Origin: Nitrosopumilus sp.
GTDB lineage: Archaea > Thermoproteota > Nitrososphaeria > Nitrososphaerales > Nitrosopumilaceae
Length of the DNA: 64,000 nt
Direction: 5' to 3'
Assembly: GCA_963667665.2 (NCBI GenBank)
Contig: OY763927.2
Span: forward strand, 736,001 to 800,000
Position 1 is the first letter of the stretch. Each line of letters starts with the position of its first letter. Under the pieces are notes generated by a model that saw only the letters and a list, made by a program, of their open reading frames with translations, was not told the origin of the DNA and made no database searches. The position numbers and the translations under genes were made by a program. Shown piece after piece: positions 49,753-58,679 of the stretch.

Positions 49753-50214
49753 ATGACAAAAACTGTAAAAAAATCATCACATACAGGCTCTGTGAAAAAA
49801 ATAATTGTGATTAAAGCATCAAAAGATAAAGTTTGGAGAAAGATTAGCAATATTTCAGGATTGCCAACTTGGGTAGTTGATGTAAAAAAGACAGTTTATC
49901 TTTCTAAAAAGAAAAAGGGCATCGGGGCAATCAGGTTAATTACGTTTGCAGATGGAAGTAAAATAGAAGAACATGTTGTAGCATGGAAAGATAAAGAGTA
50001 TTTTACATATATTGCAACTGAAGGCTTGCCATTAAGGGCATATGTTGCAACAATTTCAATTAAAGTGAAATCAAAAAATCTGATTCAATTAACATGGCAA
50101 TCTTATCTCAACAGTAAAAAGATGTCTGAAAAACAATTCTTGGAGTTTCTTGCATTTATGGGTTCATTTTATGAAGCATCACTTGAAAATCTCAAAGCAT
50201 CACTTGGAAAATAA
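49753..50214 (+). CDS. SRPBCC family protein
   Basis: ASKDKVWRKI...LPTW...GIGAIR. Confidence 0.88.
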   Translation: MTKTVKKSSHTGSVKKIIVIKASKDKVWRKISNISGLPTWVVDVKKTVYLSKKKKGIGAIRLITFADGSKIEEHVVAWKDKEYFTYIATEGLPLRAYVATISIKVKSKNLIQLTWQSYLNSKKMSEKQFLEFLAFMGSFYEASLENLKASLGK

Positions 50215-50267
50215 TACTAAAAGATTTTCAAGCTAAAATGTAAATATGATAAATCGAGGAAAAAAAC

Positions 50268-50603
50268 ATGAGCGATATGCGATTTATTATGATTGGTGTT
50301 GTTTTAGTCTTTGGAGGATTTATTATTCTTGGGGTATTTGGACATAATTATCAAGCAGCTACACTAGAATCAAATGAGTTTGGAACATGTTACAAGTATT
50401 CTACAGATAATGCACCAGTTGAAATTGACTGTTCGTTTAAGATAATTGATCAGACACTATTCTTTACATTGATTATTGGATTTTTGGGGGCTGGAATCAC
50501 TGCTTTAGTTAAAGGAGTAAAAGGGAATTGGGACAACAAGGTAAAACCAGAAGATATGGTAGGTCCAGATAGAAAAGACAACGAAGATTCTGATAATGGT
50601 TAA
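50268..50603 (+). CDS. Two-TM membrane protein
   Basis: Two TMs around a Cys-pair loop. Confidence 0.7.
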   Translation: MSDMRFIMIGVVLVFGGFIILGVFGHNYQAATLESNEFGTCYKYSTDNAPVEIDCSFKIIDQTLFFTLIIGFLGAGITALVKGVKGNWDNKVKPEDMVGPDRKDNEDSDNG

Positions 50604-50784
50604 AGAAACGAGATTAAGAGGATCTTTTAGATTTTAGTTTTTCATAATCTTCAGGATTGTCTTCTTCCAATCTTTGAAAATATACTTCATCATATGGCAT
50701 TTTTATCAACATCTTATTGTAAAATTTGCAAAGCTAATGTTTTCAGTAAAATGATTTTAGAAAAGATAATGTTTTGTGCCTAAA

Positions 50785-51708
50785 TTATCTTCTCTTCAGA
50801 TGACTAGACATTATCTTATCTGCCATATCTATAACTTCAATTCCTTTTTTTGCAGCCAAACTACGTAATTTTCTTGCATTGCTCTTATTCAATAAAATAG
50901 TAACTTTTTGTTGGAGCAATCCGCTTTTTGCTTTTTTGAGTAGTTTAAGATGAGACGACTTTGGACCACGAGACAATACACGAAGATATTCTTTTCTGAG
51001 TTTCTGGTCCAAAGAAATTATTTTCTCTGCAACTTTGATTGCTTTTGATAAATTTGGCAATATCTGATAAAGTCTGGTTGCATCATCACGAGACAATTCC
51101 TTTGGAACATACTGTCGTAGTTTCTCTGGAACTGCTGCAAATCCAAGGTATTTCTTCAGGGTTACAGATGATATTCCCAGGGAACGAGCAGCCTTTGCCT
51201 TTCCAACTGATTCTGCCAAAAACACGCAGGCTGCTGTCATGTCTTTTGTGTTCATTTTGTTGCGATGCAGGTTCTCAACTACAGATGCTGCCTTTGCATC
51301 ATGAACATCATATTTTGTACTCTGAGTAAGTAATAGTACGGGAATCTTTTTTGCACCCAATCTTTTCAGTGCCACTAATCTTCTCTGGCCAGACATGAGA
51401 AGATATTCGTTTTTTCCACTTTTTTGGACCATTGGAGGATTCTGCAATCCTTCATTTTTGATGGATTTTGCCAATTCTGCGATTCCATCTCTGTCTAGTT
51501 TTCTTGCCTGCACATCCTTCCATACCTTGATGTATTTTATTGGAATTTCTCTTAGTCTGTATGCTATTGGGGAATTGTACTTTCTTTTTGTCGTAATGGA
51601 ATAAAGTAATCGATTTTTGTTAAAATGTTTAGTGGTAAATATTTGACAATAAAGTTTGCAATGCCTGATGGTTTTGATCGCAAGATATGACATGATGAAA
51701 ATATTCAT
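50785..51708 (-). CDS. ParB/Spo0J-like protein
   Basis: IAELAKSIKNEGLQNP, SGQRRLVAL, ENLHR, HTH; true start likely ~51600. Confidence 0.88.
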   Translation of the reverse strand: MNIFIMSYLAIKTIRHCKLYCQIFTTKHFNKNRLLYSITTKRKYNSPIAYRLREIPIKYIKVWKDVQARKLDRDGIAELAKSIKNEGLQNPPMVQKSGKNEYLLMSGQRRLVALKRLGAKKIPVLLLTQSTKYDVHDAKAASVVENLHRNKMNTKDMTAACVFLAESVGKAKAARSLGISSVTLKKYLGFAAVPEKLRQYVPKELSRDDATRLYQILPNLSKAIKVAEKIISLDQKLRKEYLRVLSRGPKSSHLKLLKKAKSGLLQQKVTILLNKSNARKLRSLAAKKGIEVIDMADKIMSSHLKRR

Positions 51709-51769
51709 CCAAAGATGATTTTATCTTAACTTGTGGTGTTTTTAGTCAGATAAACATTTGCAACAAACG

Positions 51770-52024
51770 ATGGCTGGCAAGAAAAAAACCAAAAGAAGAA
51801 AGGCTCCAAAGAGAAAATCAACTTCTAAGAGACGAAAACCAGTAGGAAAAGCCTGTCGCAATGCCAACATGACAGTAACCCGAAGAAAACATGACCACAA
51901 AAAGGCACTAGCTAAAATCAAATCACTCAAAAAGTCTCTCTGTCTTGCTGAAAAATCAGCTACAAAGAAGAGAGACGAAGTCCTAAAGGCACAAAAAAGA
52001 GCCAAAGATATTTGCAGTGGATAA
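51770..52024 (+). CDS. Small very basic Lys/Arg-rich protein
   Basis: MAGKKKTKRRKAPKRKSTSKRRK...; followed by T-tract. Confidence 0.7.
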   Translation: MAGKKKTKRRKAPKRKSTSKRRKPVGKACRNANMTVTRRKHDHKKALAKIKSLKKSLCLAEKSATKKRDEVLKAQKRAKDICSG

Positions 52025-52032
52025 TTTTACTG

Positions 52033-52049
52033 CTTTTTTTATTTTTTTA
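52033..52049 (+). terminator. Archaeal T-tract terminator
   Basis: CTTTTTTTATTTTTTTA just after stop at 52024. Confidence 0.5.
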
Positions 52050-52190
52050 TCTATATTTCAAAAGTGAGTTCAGGTTTGTTTTAATTTAAGAATTTCTTTG
52101 GAAAATACCAGAGCATACTCTCCAGGTCTCACTATGCCTTCCATTATATCATTATTTGATACATACAAAGTCATTCCAAGATCACGTGAA

Positions 52191-52703
52191 TTATTCACCA
52201 GAGGGCCTGTTTGTTTCATTCAAATTAAGTTTTGTTACGCCATCCAATGGATGTTCATCATAAAATTTATTCCATTTTTTATAATGAGACTTGTCTTTGT
52301 CAATTGCATTTGCATCATACATTTTTAATAAAAGTTCATTTGTTGAATTGTTGTTTAAAATTGTATCTAATTTGTCTTCATCACAAACAAAGGTATCTTG
52401 GAGATTATCTGTAAGAATTTTGGCACATTTTTTCTTGAACTGACTCTTAAAATTAAGTAGTTTTTTGGCATTAGGATAATTCAACATAAGTAATGTTTCA
52501 AGTTCTTCAAAGTAAATAGAAAATATGTTTTTATCAAATATGATCAACTCTTCTTTTCGTTTTTTTAATTTATCATTTTGAAATTCACCCACTATGTTTT
52601 GTTCATTTTCAGGAACAAGATATTTATCTATTTTAGCAAAAACAAATATTCGTTTTTCAAGAGTTTTAAATTGGAAACAATAGACATTGCTGGTTTTTTT
52701 CAT
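52191..52703 (-). CDS. Hypothetical protein
   Basis: 170-aa very AT-rich ORF. Confidence 0.6.
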   Translation of the reverse strand: MKKTSNVYCFQFKTLEKRIFVFAKIDKYLVPENEQNIVGEFQNDKLKKRKEELIIFDKNIFSIYFEELETLLMLNYPNAKKLLNFKSQFKKKCAKILTDNLQDTFVCDEDKLDTILNNNSTNELLLKMYDANAIDKDKSHYKKWNKFYDEHPLDGVTKLNLNETNRPSGE

Positions 52704-52910
52704 TTCTTTTATACTGGTAAGTGGTGACAGATCTTCCTGTGTTTCAGATTAATAAGATGGTTTCAACATCATATTGAATTCTTTTTTGTACATTTTTGTT
52801 ACTTTATCTGATGTGAATTTACCGCCAGTTGAGAATCCTCCTAGTTTGGAACAGTGTACTGGAAATGGTTCTGTAAACTCCGGGGTTGCTTTTTTATTTT
52901 TATTCCATTT

Positions 52911-53135
52911 TTAATGATATTTTGATTCCCAGCATTTTTTATGATATCTCTTTCTGCCATTCCTTGTGCTTGTAGTAGTATGAATTGTATCATTAAGGAC
53001 AAATGGCTTTCCGCATTTTACACATTTAGAATTTCTGAATTTTTTTAGTTGTGAATGATTTCTTATTACTGTGTCATTGGTTGCCATCAGTCTACTATGC
53101 CATGATTCAGCAGTATAACTTTGATGTTTAATCAA
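52911..53135 (-). CDS. Small zinc-finger protein (CxxC...HxxC)
   Basis: CVKCGKPF...RYHKKCW. Confidence 0.65.
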   Translation of the reverse strand: MIKHQSYTAESWHSRLMATNDTVIRNHSQLKKFRNSKCVKCGKPFVLNDTIHTTTSTRNGRKRYHKKCWESKYH

Positions 53136-53342
53136 AAATGATTAAAGTAAAAGACCATCAAAATGAAAACCAAACTTGAGGGGATGGTTAATTGGATACT
53201 GTGTGGCGGTCTTTTACTATACCATGAGTTATGTATGGATCAGATTTATGGTTGGCGATCAGCAATTCAATTCAATTTATGTCATCAATAAATTAAAAAA
53301 TCAAGTTTAAAAGAAAAAAATTCAACAAATAACAGATTTCAA

Positions 53343-53606
53343 ATGAGTAAAAACCAAACAATTTTTGCAGTCAAAATAAATGACATGTCAGCAGAACTGG
53401 AAATAGACAATTCCAAAATCAAATGCATCACTGGAAACACAGTTCATTTTGAAGCATTATTGAGTGATTTGAGGTCGTTTGTACATGTCAAATCAAACCA
53501 AATTTTGTTGAATTTTTACCAAAAAAACCAGCTAGTTCAATGTACCATTACATCAAAGCACTGTCTAAGTATAACCAAATCCATTGAAGAATTCACTCAA
53601 AACTAA
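53343..53606 (+). CDS. Hypothetical protein (possible PH-like fold)
   Basis: 87-aa beta-rich ORF with C-terminal helix. Confidence 0.5.
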   Translation: MSKNQTIFAVKINDMSAELEIDNSKIKCITGNTVHFEALLSDLRSFVHVKSNQILLNFYQKNQLVQCTITSKHCLSITKSIEEFTQN

Positions 53607-53977
53607 ATTTCTTGTTATTTTCTGTAATTATTGTAATGCTTGTACCTTGAATGGCAGGCTCTATTGCAATGATTTTTGATTGTGGTATGTCAGTTAATGA
53701 CTCAAGCGTATTGGTGTCATAAATGACATAACTCTCATCAGGATTTCCATCTATGAATAATTTTTTGATTATAATTGCATCTGTTCCTTGATTCATTACA
53801 TCTATTCGCAATACTGGATTTTCAATAATATCAATTAATTTTAATTGCTCTGAGGCGTATTTTTTCTGCATTTCAACTTTATCATACTGTGAAACACTTT
53901 CAACTTGTAGGGTATACAATACCAAATGTAACAGTAACCATTCCTGCAATTACTATCCATTCAAGTATTTGATTCAA
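53593..53977 (-). pseudogene. Frameshifted pilin/archaellin-like protein
   Basis: Hydrophobic leader MNQILEWIVIAGMVTVTFGIVY in one frame; IDVMNQG...IKKLFIDG body in another; shift near 53910. Confidence 0.55.
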
Positions 53978-54270
53978 AGTTCTGCCCCTTTGATGCAATC
54001 TGAGATATGATCTTGGTTTGATATTTCAAGAACCATCATTACATCATTTTCAGTAAAATCATCAATTTGAAATTCAATCTCAATGTATGCACCAGGTGCA
54101 ATTGTACCAATAGTCATTTCATTAATCGTAATGACATCATTAAACAAACTAAGGTCATAGTTTTCAATATCATAATCTCCATTGTTTATGGCTATTGCTT
54201 CTGTCCATAAATTATTTTTATCAACTGTATAGATTAATCCATTTTCAAAAACAAGATAATCAACTAAGAT
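53974..54270 (-). pseudogene. 5'-truncated gene fragment (beta-rich, surface-protein-like)
   Basis: Open frame VFENGLIYTVDKNNLWTEAIAINNGD...IAPGAYIEIEF...GAEL*, no start; stop overlaps the next TTG. Confidence 0.45.
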
Positions 54271-54395
54271 ATTGAAAAGTATCTCGAATAATACACGCGG
54301 TGCTAGAAGAGATCCCGGATGTACATAGTCGTCACACGATGATGATAATGATACAGAATGATCTGTTCAGTGTGCAGATGTTTTGTGTATGCTGA

Positions 54396-54937
54396 TTACT
54401 GCTGTATGATTGCAGGGTCTACAGGTATGATCCGCGGAGGGCGACATGGCCCGTTTTGATTTTTGAGGGCACCTTGCATGTATCCGAACAGTTTGACTAT
54501 GGGCACCTCCCCACTGTGCAACAGCTGCCTGATCCTCTTTTGCAGCTCATCTAACCCCCCCCCCCAAAAAAAAAAAAATATGTCTGCAACTGCGCGCCTT
54601 ATCTTGCTCCATTGTATCTCAGTTGGATTGTGCTGCAGGGTACTGGGAGGCAGAAACCACAAGACGACATCTTGGTGCTTTTGATATATTCGTCCATCTG
54701 TTTGCCGGTGTGGGCTGCCGCGTTGTCAAGTATTACGAACACTCTGCCATACCTGTATCTGAGATACTCCAAAAATGCAATTACGCTCTGGGCATCCGTC
54801 TTTTGATGGAACTGCATATCAAACGTACCCTGTCCCAGCGCCCCTATGATCTTTATGCTCTTTTTTGAAAAATTAATCTGGACCGTGTCCTTTCCGCCTT
54901 TTACACGTATGCCTCGCATCGATGAGGGCGCATCCAC
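54396..54937 (-). pseudogene. IS630-family transposase fragment
   Basis: VILDNAAAH, WFLPP...HNPTEIQW; frameshift near 54675; markedly higher GC; 5' half missing. Confidence 0.85.
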
Positions 54938-55991
54938 GGGGATTATAAGGTTTTTAGTGGTTGTTTGAGACCCAAAAAATTTCTAGATTTTGGGTTTTCA
55001 TAATCTCAATAACCATTTTGGGGATGAAAAGGGACGCAGATGAGTATAGAAATTGATTTTAAACATATGTTTAGGATGAAATTCCTTGACGAAAAAGAAA
55101 ATCATCATCAGCATATTTGTTGGAATTATTGCAATATTGGGATTAGACGCCTTTGTAATCGAACCCAACATGATCGAAGTTAATGAAATTAATATCTCAA
55201 ATACTGGAACTACAATGAAAATTGGTTTTATTTCTGATTTTCAAAGACAAAATTCTGATCCTGTATTTGTTCAACGTGTTGTAGATATACTAAATGCACA
55301 AGATCTTGATACAGTAATTATTGCAGGTGATTTTATAGATAGAAGTTTAGGTGAATTACCTTCACTGGATCCATTAGGGGAATTAGAAACAAGAAGTGGA
55401 GTATATGGTGTTTTAGGAAATCATGATTATAATGTATATTCTTTGAATCGTAATAATGCTAATTTTGAACTTGCAGAAACTGTAATAGAATATCTTGAAT
55501 CCAATGGTCCAATAGAAATTCTTAGAAATGAGAATGTTGTAATTAATGATGTTGTAATAATCGGTCTTGATTCTTACTGGGCAGGTTTAAGAGATTTAGA
55601 TAAAGCTTTTACAAATACTTCAAATGATTTCAAAATTTTATTTGCACATAATCAAAATGATTTAGAAATTAACAAAGAAATTGCAGATGTGTATTTATTT
55701 GGACACACTCATTGTGGACAAGTTAGACTTCCATATGTTGAATCCATACCAAAAATATTTGGATTTGAAGGGGATTATGACTATAGACATTATATTGTAA
55801 ATGATGCAGATGTCTATACAACATGTGGTTTAACTCCTGCACCAAGATTTTTCAATCCTCCAGAAATTACAATCATAAATTTGTTGGAATAACTGTTTTT
55901 CTTTTAATTGAAAATCAATATTCTATTAATTTAGGCTAAAATGAGCAAAAAGAAAATCCATGTGTCCACGGGGATTATAAGGTTTTTAGTG
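54933..55991. repeat. Perfect 27-bp direct repeat flanking one gene
   Basis: TCCACGGGGATTATAAGGTTTTTAGTG at 54933-54959 and 55965-55991. Confidence 0.92.
55086..55892 (+). CDS. Metallophosphoesterase (YkuE-like)
   Basis: ISD, AGDFID, LGNHD, AHN, GHTHCGQVRLP, RFFNPPEI. Confidence 0.92.
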   Translation: MTKKKIIISIFVGIIAILGLDAFVIEPNMIEVNEINISNTGTTMKIGFISDFQRQNSDPVFVQRVVDILNAQDLDTVIIAGDFIDRSLGELPSLDPLGELETRSGVYGVLGNHDYNVYSLNRNNANFELAETVIEYLESNGPIEILRNENVVINDVVIIGLDSYWAGLRDLDKAFTNTSNDFKILFAHNQNDLEINKEIADVYLFGHTHCGQVRLPYVESIPKIFGFEGDYDYRHYIVNDADVYTTCGLTPAPRFFNPPEITIINLLE

Positions 55992-56139
55992 ACTATTTTG
56001 GCACGGTATAAAAATATCAAATACTCTCAATGAACACTTCAAAAGTACCTCTGTTAAGGCATAATCATGTCATTTAAGAGATACAGTTTAACAATTCATT
56101 TAGTTTTACATGGTTTGTAATTGTCACAGTCAAAAATAT

Positions 56140-56754
56140 TTAGTCTATTTTATTCCAATTTAATTTTTCAGCAGTTTCAAGTAAAACACAAGCTAATTTT
56201 CCATTAGGTCTTTCAGCTAATAGCTGCAATTCATTTTTGCATTTGATTTCTTTGATATGAACATTGTTTTCTATTTGTATTTTTAAAGACAATCTAATTA
56301 TTTCAATTTCATTACAATCATTTACAATCTGTGTCACCGTTCTACCAGCAGCCATAGATCCTGAAATAATTTCTATTGCATCAGAATTTCTAACAGGAAT
56401 TACCAAATTATAAAAACAATCTGATTCGGATTGTTTAATTTCTAATCCAGAATGTCCATTAGATTGTTTAGCATGCAAACTAAAACCAAAATCCAAGTTG
56501 GTAGTTCTAGGCATTTCTTTTGGAATTTGTATATGAATAGTGTCAGTGATCACTTTATCAAATACAATTGTTCCTGTTGGTAAAACCCCATTACCCCAAC
56601 TAAGTTTGATATCAGCTACGTTTGAACTGTTTGTGGTTATTGTAAATCCATCTACATCAAAAGATTTTGTTTCTTCAGCATATGCTATAGGAATTAATGT
56701 CACAATTGCTAAAAGAGAAATTATTATTTTATTCATGATTATTTTTTTCATCAT
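56140..56754 (-). CDS. Secreted thaumarchaeal protein
   Basis: Signal peptide to AYA; C-terminal IKCKNEL...ERPNGKLACV...TAEKLNW motif. Confidence 0.75.
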   Translation of the reverse strand: MMKKIIMNKIIISLLAIVTLIPIAYAEETKSFDVDGFTITTNSSNVADIKLSWGNGVLPTGTIVFDKVITDTIHIQIPKEMPRTTNLDFGFSLHAKQSNGHSGLEIKQSESDCFYNLVIPVRNSDAIEIISGSMAAGRTVTQIVNDCNEIEIIRLSLKIQIENNVHIKEIKCKNELQLLAERPNGKLACVLLETAEKLNWNKID

Positions 56755-56918
56755 CAGTATTATTAGTTATTTAGGAATCTAAAGAAAAAAAAGATTAGAA
56801 GCCCCATGTAAGACCACTAAGATAGGTTGTGAATTTATCAGCTTTGACATAAACAGATCCAGTTGAATCATCAGGGTTTTTAGCTACCATAAATCCAAGT
56901 AATTCAGAACCACTTGAA

Positions 56919-57298
56919 TTGAATACGGGAATACGCCAAACGACAATTGGGCAATCATTTGAGTATCCTTCTAATCCTCCAAACATTGATGTTCATTTTA
57001 TTGAGATCTTACCTGGTGCAGAAAGTGGTTGGCATACTCATGACACGCCCTTGGTTGTAACTATTCTACATGGTGAGATTACAATTCATTATTGTAACGA
57101 AGAAATAGAAAATTCTGCAGATAAAGAACAATGTAATGATAAAGGAATTGTCAGAAATTTTCAAGCAGGGGATTCATTTGTTGAGGCAATCAATATAGAA
57201 CATAATGGAGTAAATGATGGAGTGATTCCTGTAAAATGCATGTAATTACGTTGAATCCAGATGAAAACTGGGAAGATATCTATTCTCCAGAGGATTAA
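56919..57298 (+). pseudogene. Cupin-domain protein, 5'-truncated and frameshifted
   Basis: ILPGAESGWHTH, AGDSFVE, EHNGVN; 1-bp deficit at ~57235, other frame continues MHVITLNPDENWEDIYSPED*. Confidence 0.7.
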
Positions 57299-57334
57299 TG
57301 AATGACTAAGATTAAGTGGTTATTTTAGGTACAA

Positions 57335-57545
57335 AATCATGCCAAGTTTTGATTGTAATTAACAAAAATTAGCAATAGAGTTAATGCTAGAATCTTAAAA
57401 TTATCATTGCAATTTCTTAACACTGATTAGCACGTAATGTTTTGCTAGGAATTGATTTTAGTACTTTTTTGTGCGTAACTTTTTTCGTTCCTAGTGCGTA
57501 ATAATTAGAGGTTAGAAATGCTAAATTCTATCAAATTATGCTAAT
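57335..57545. repeat. ~200-bp intergenic repeat, copy A
   Basis: Shares a 50-bp identical block (57436-57485) with copy B; two TAGCA-N10-TGCTA sites (57370, 57428). Confidence 0.9.
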
Positions 57546-57555
57546 GTTATTAATA

Positions 57556-58386
57556 TTACATCAAAATTTCACAGATTTCAATCCATCCACTTTGTTGATC
57601 AAATAGTGCATTTTGAAAGGTTCTTTCTTTTTCCATTGCTTTCATTTCATAATGAGTAAATAATTTTGCATTGATCTTTTTTAGATGTATCTTAATATCT
57701 TCAACATCATATCTTGTAATAGAAGATAGATTAGCATCACGTGAAATTAGATTAAATGGATACTCTGCTATTTCAAGCCATTCATTTGGAATTCTGTTTG
57801 CAGGAAGTAAATACTCTAAAACAACATGATTGTTTTGGTTTTCTGATTTAAACTCACCAATAATTCTCCATAGTTGATCTTCTGACAAATAGTAAGACAA
57901 GCCTTCAATAATTATTAGCGAGGGCATGTTCTTATTCCATCCATGTTTTATCAGATTTGGAATTATTTTATTTGATTCTGACAGATTGAGATCAATACAT
58001 GAAATAGAATCTACAAGTGATAAATGTACATCACGAATCAAATCTCTTTTTACATCCATGTTTTTAGCATCAATTTCAAAAACTCTGTATTTTTTTGAAT
58101 GTGAACATATTTCCAAGGATAATGCATCAAGACCAGCACCAAGAATTACTATCTGTTCAATCTTGTTTTCTAAGATATTATTTTTGGTTAAATCAAGTAT
58201 GCATGATTTTCTGTTCTTGAGAATTTCTGGATAATGTGGCCAAAGTTTTTTGCATTGTTCTAAAATTTCTCGTCCAGAATCTAAATTTAACATGCTAAGA
58301 AATTTCTGAGCAAAATGACTTGTATGAATTTCTCCATTTGTCCACAAAAGAACCAATGCAGAGGTGGAAGAAAGATCTGTCTTCAT
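57556..58386 (-). CDS. Class I SAM-dependent methyltransferase (LCM family)
   Basis: QIVILGAGLD, FEID, IIEGLSYYL. Confidence 0.9.
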   Translation of the reverse strand: MKTDLSSTSALVLLWTNGEIHTSHFAQKFLSMLNLDSGREILEQCKKLWPHYPEILKNRKSCILDLTKNNILENKIEQIVILGAGLDALSLEICSHSKKYRVFEIDAKNMDVKRDLIRDVHLSLVDSISCIDLNLSESNKIIPNLIKHGWNKNMPSLIIIEGLSYYLSEDQLWRIIGEFKSENQNNHVVLEYLLPANRIPNEWLEIAEYPFNLISRDANLSSITRYDVEDIKIHLKKINAKLFTHYEMKAMEKERTFQNALFDQQSGWIEICEILM

Positions 58387-58444
58387 TCTTGTAAATTACC
58401 TAGTTTAATTCTTAAATTTTTGTTCATATTCATTCTATTTTTAG

Positions 58445-58650
58445 AATCATGTAATTAATGGTCATAATTTAACAAAAAATTAGCAATAGAGTTAATGCTA
58501 TAATCTTAAAAATCATCATTACAATATTCTAGCACAGACTTACGCACAATGTTTTGCTAGGAATTGATTTTAGTACTTTTTTGTGCGTAACTTTTTTGTT
58601 TTGTTATACGTAAAAAATAAGGTAATGTGTTAGAATCTAGCAGTATTCTA
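58445..58650. repeat. ~200-bp intergenic repeat, copy B
   Basis: AAAAATTAGCAATAGAGTTAATGCTA and 50-bp block 58548-58597 identical to copy A. Confidence 0.9.
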
Positions 58651-58679
58651 TTATTTTTATAATATGTAATTAAAAAAAT

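Noticed and set aside
52867-52877. GGTTCTGTAAA as another IS6 end
   Set aside because: Match stops at 11 bp; no partner end or TSD
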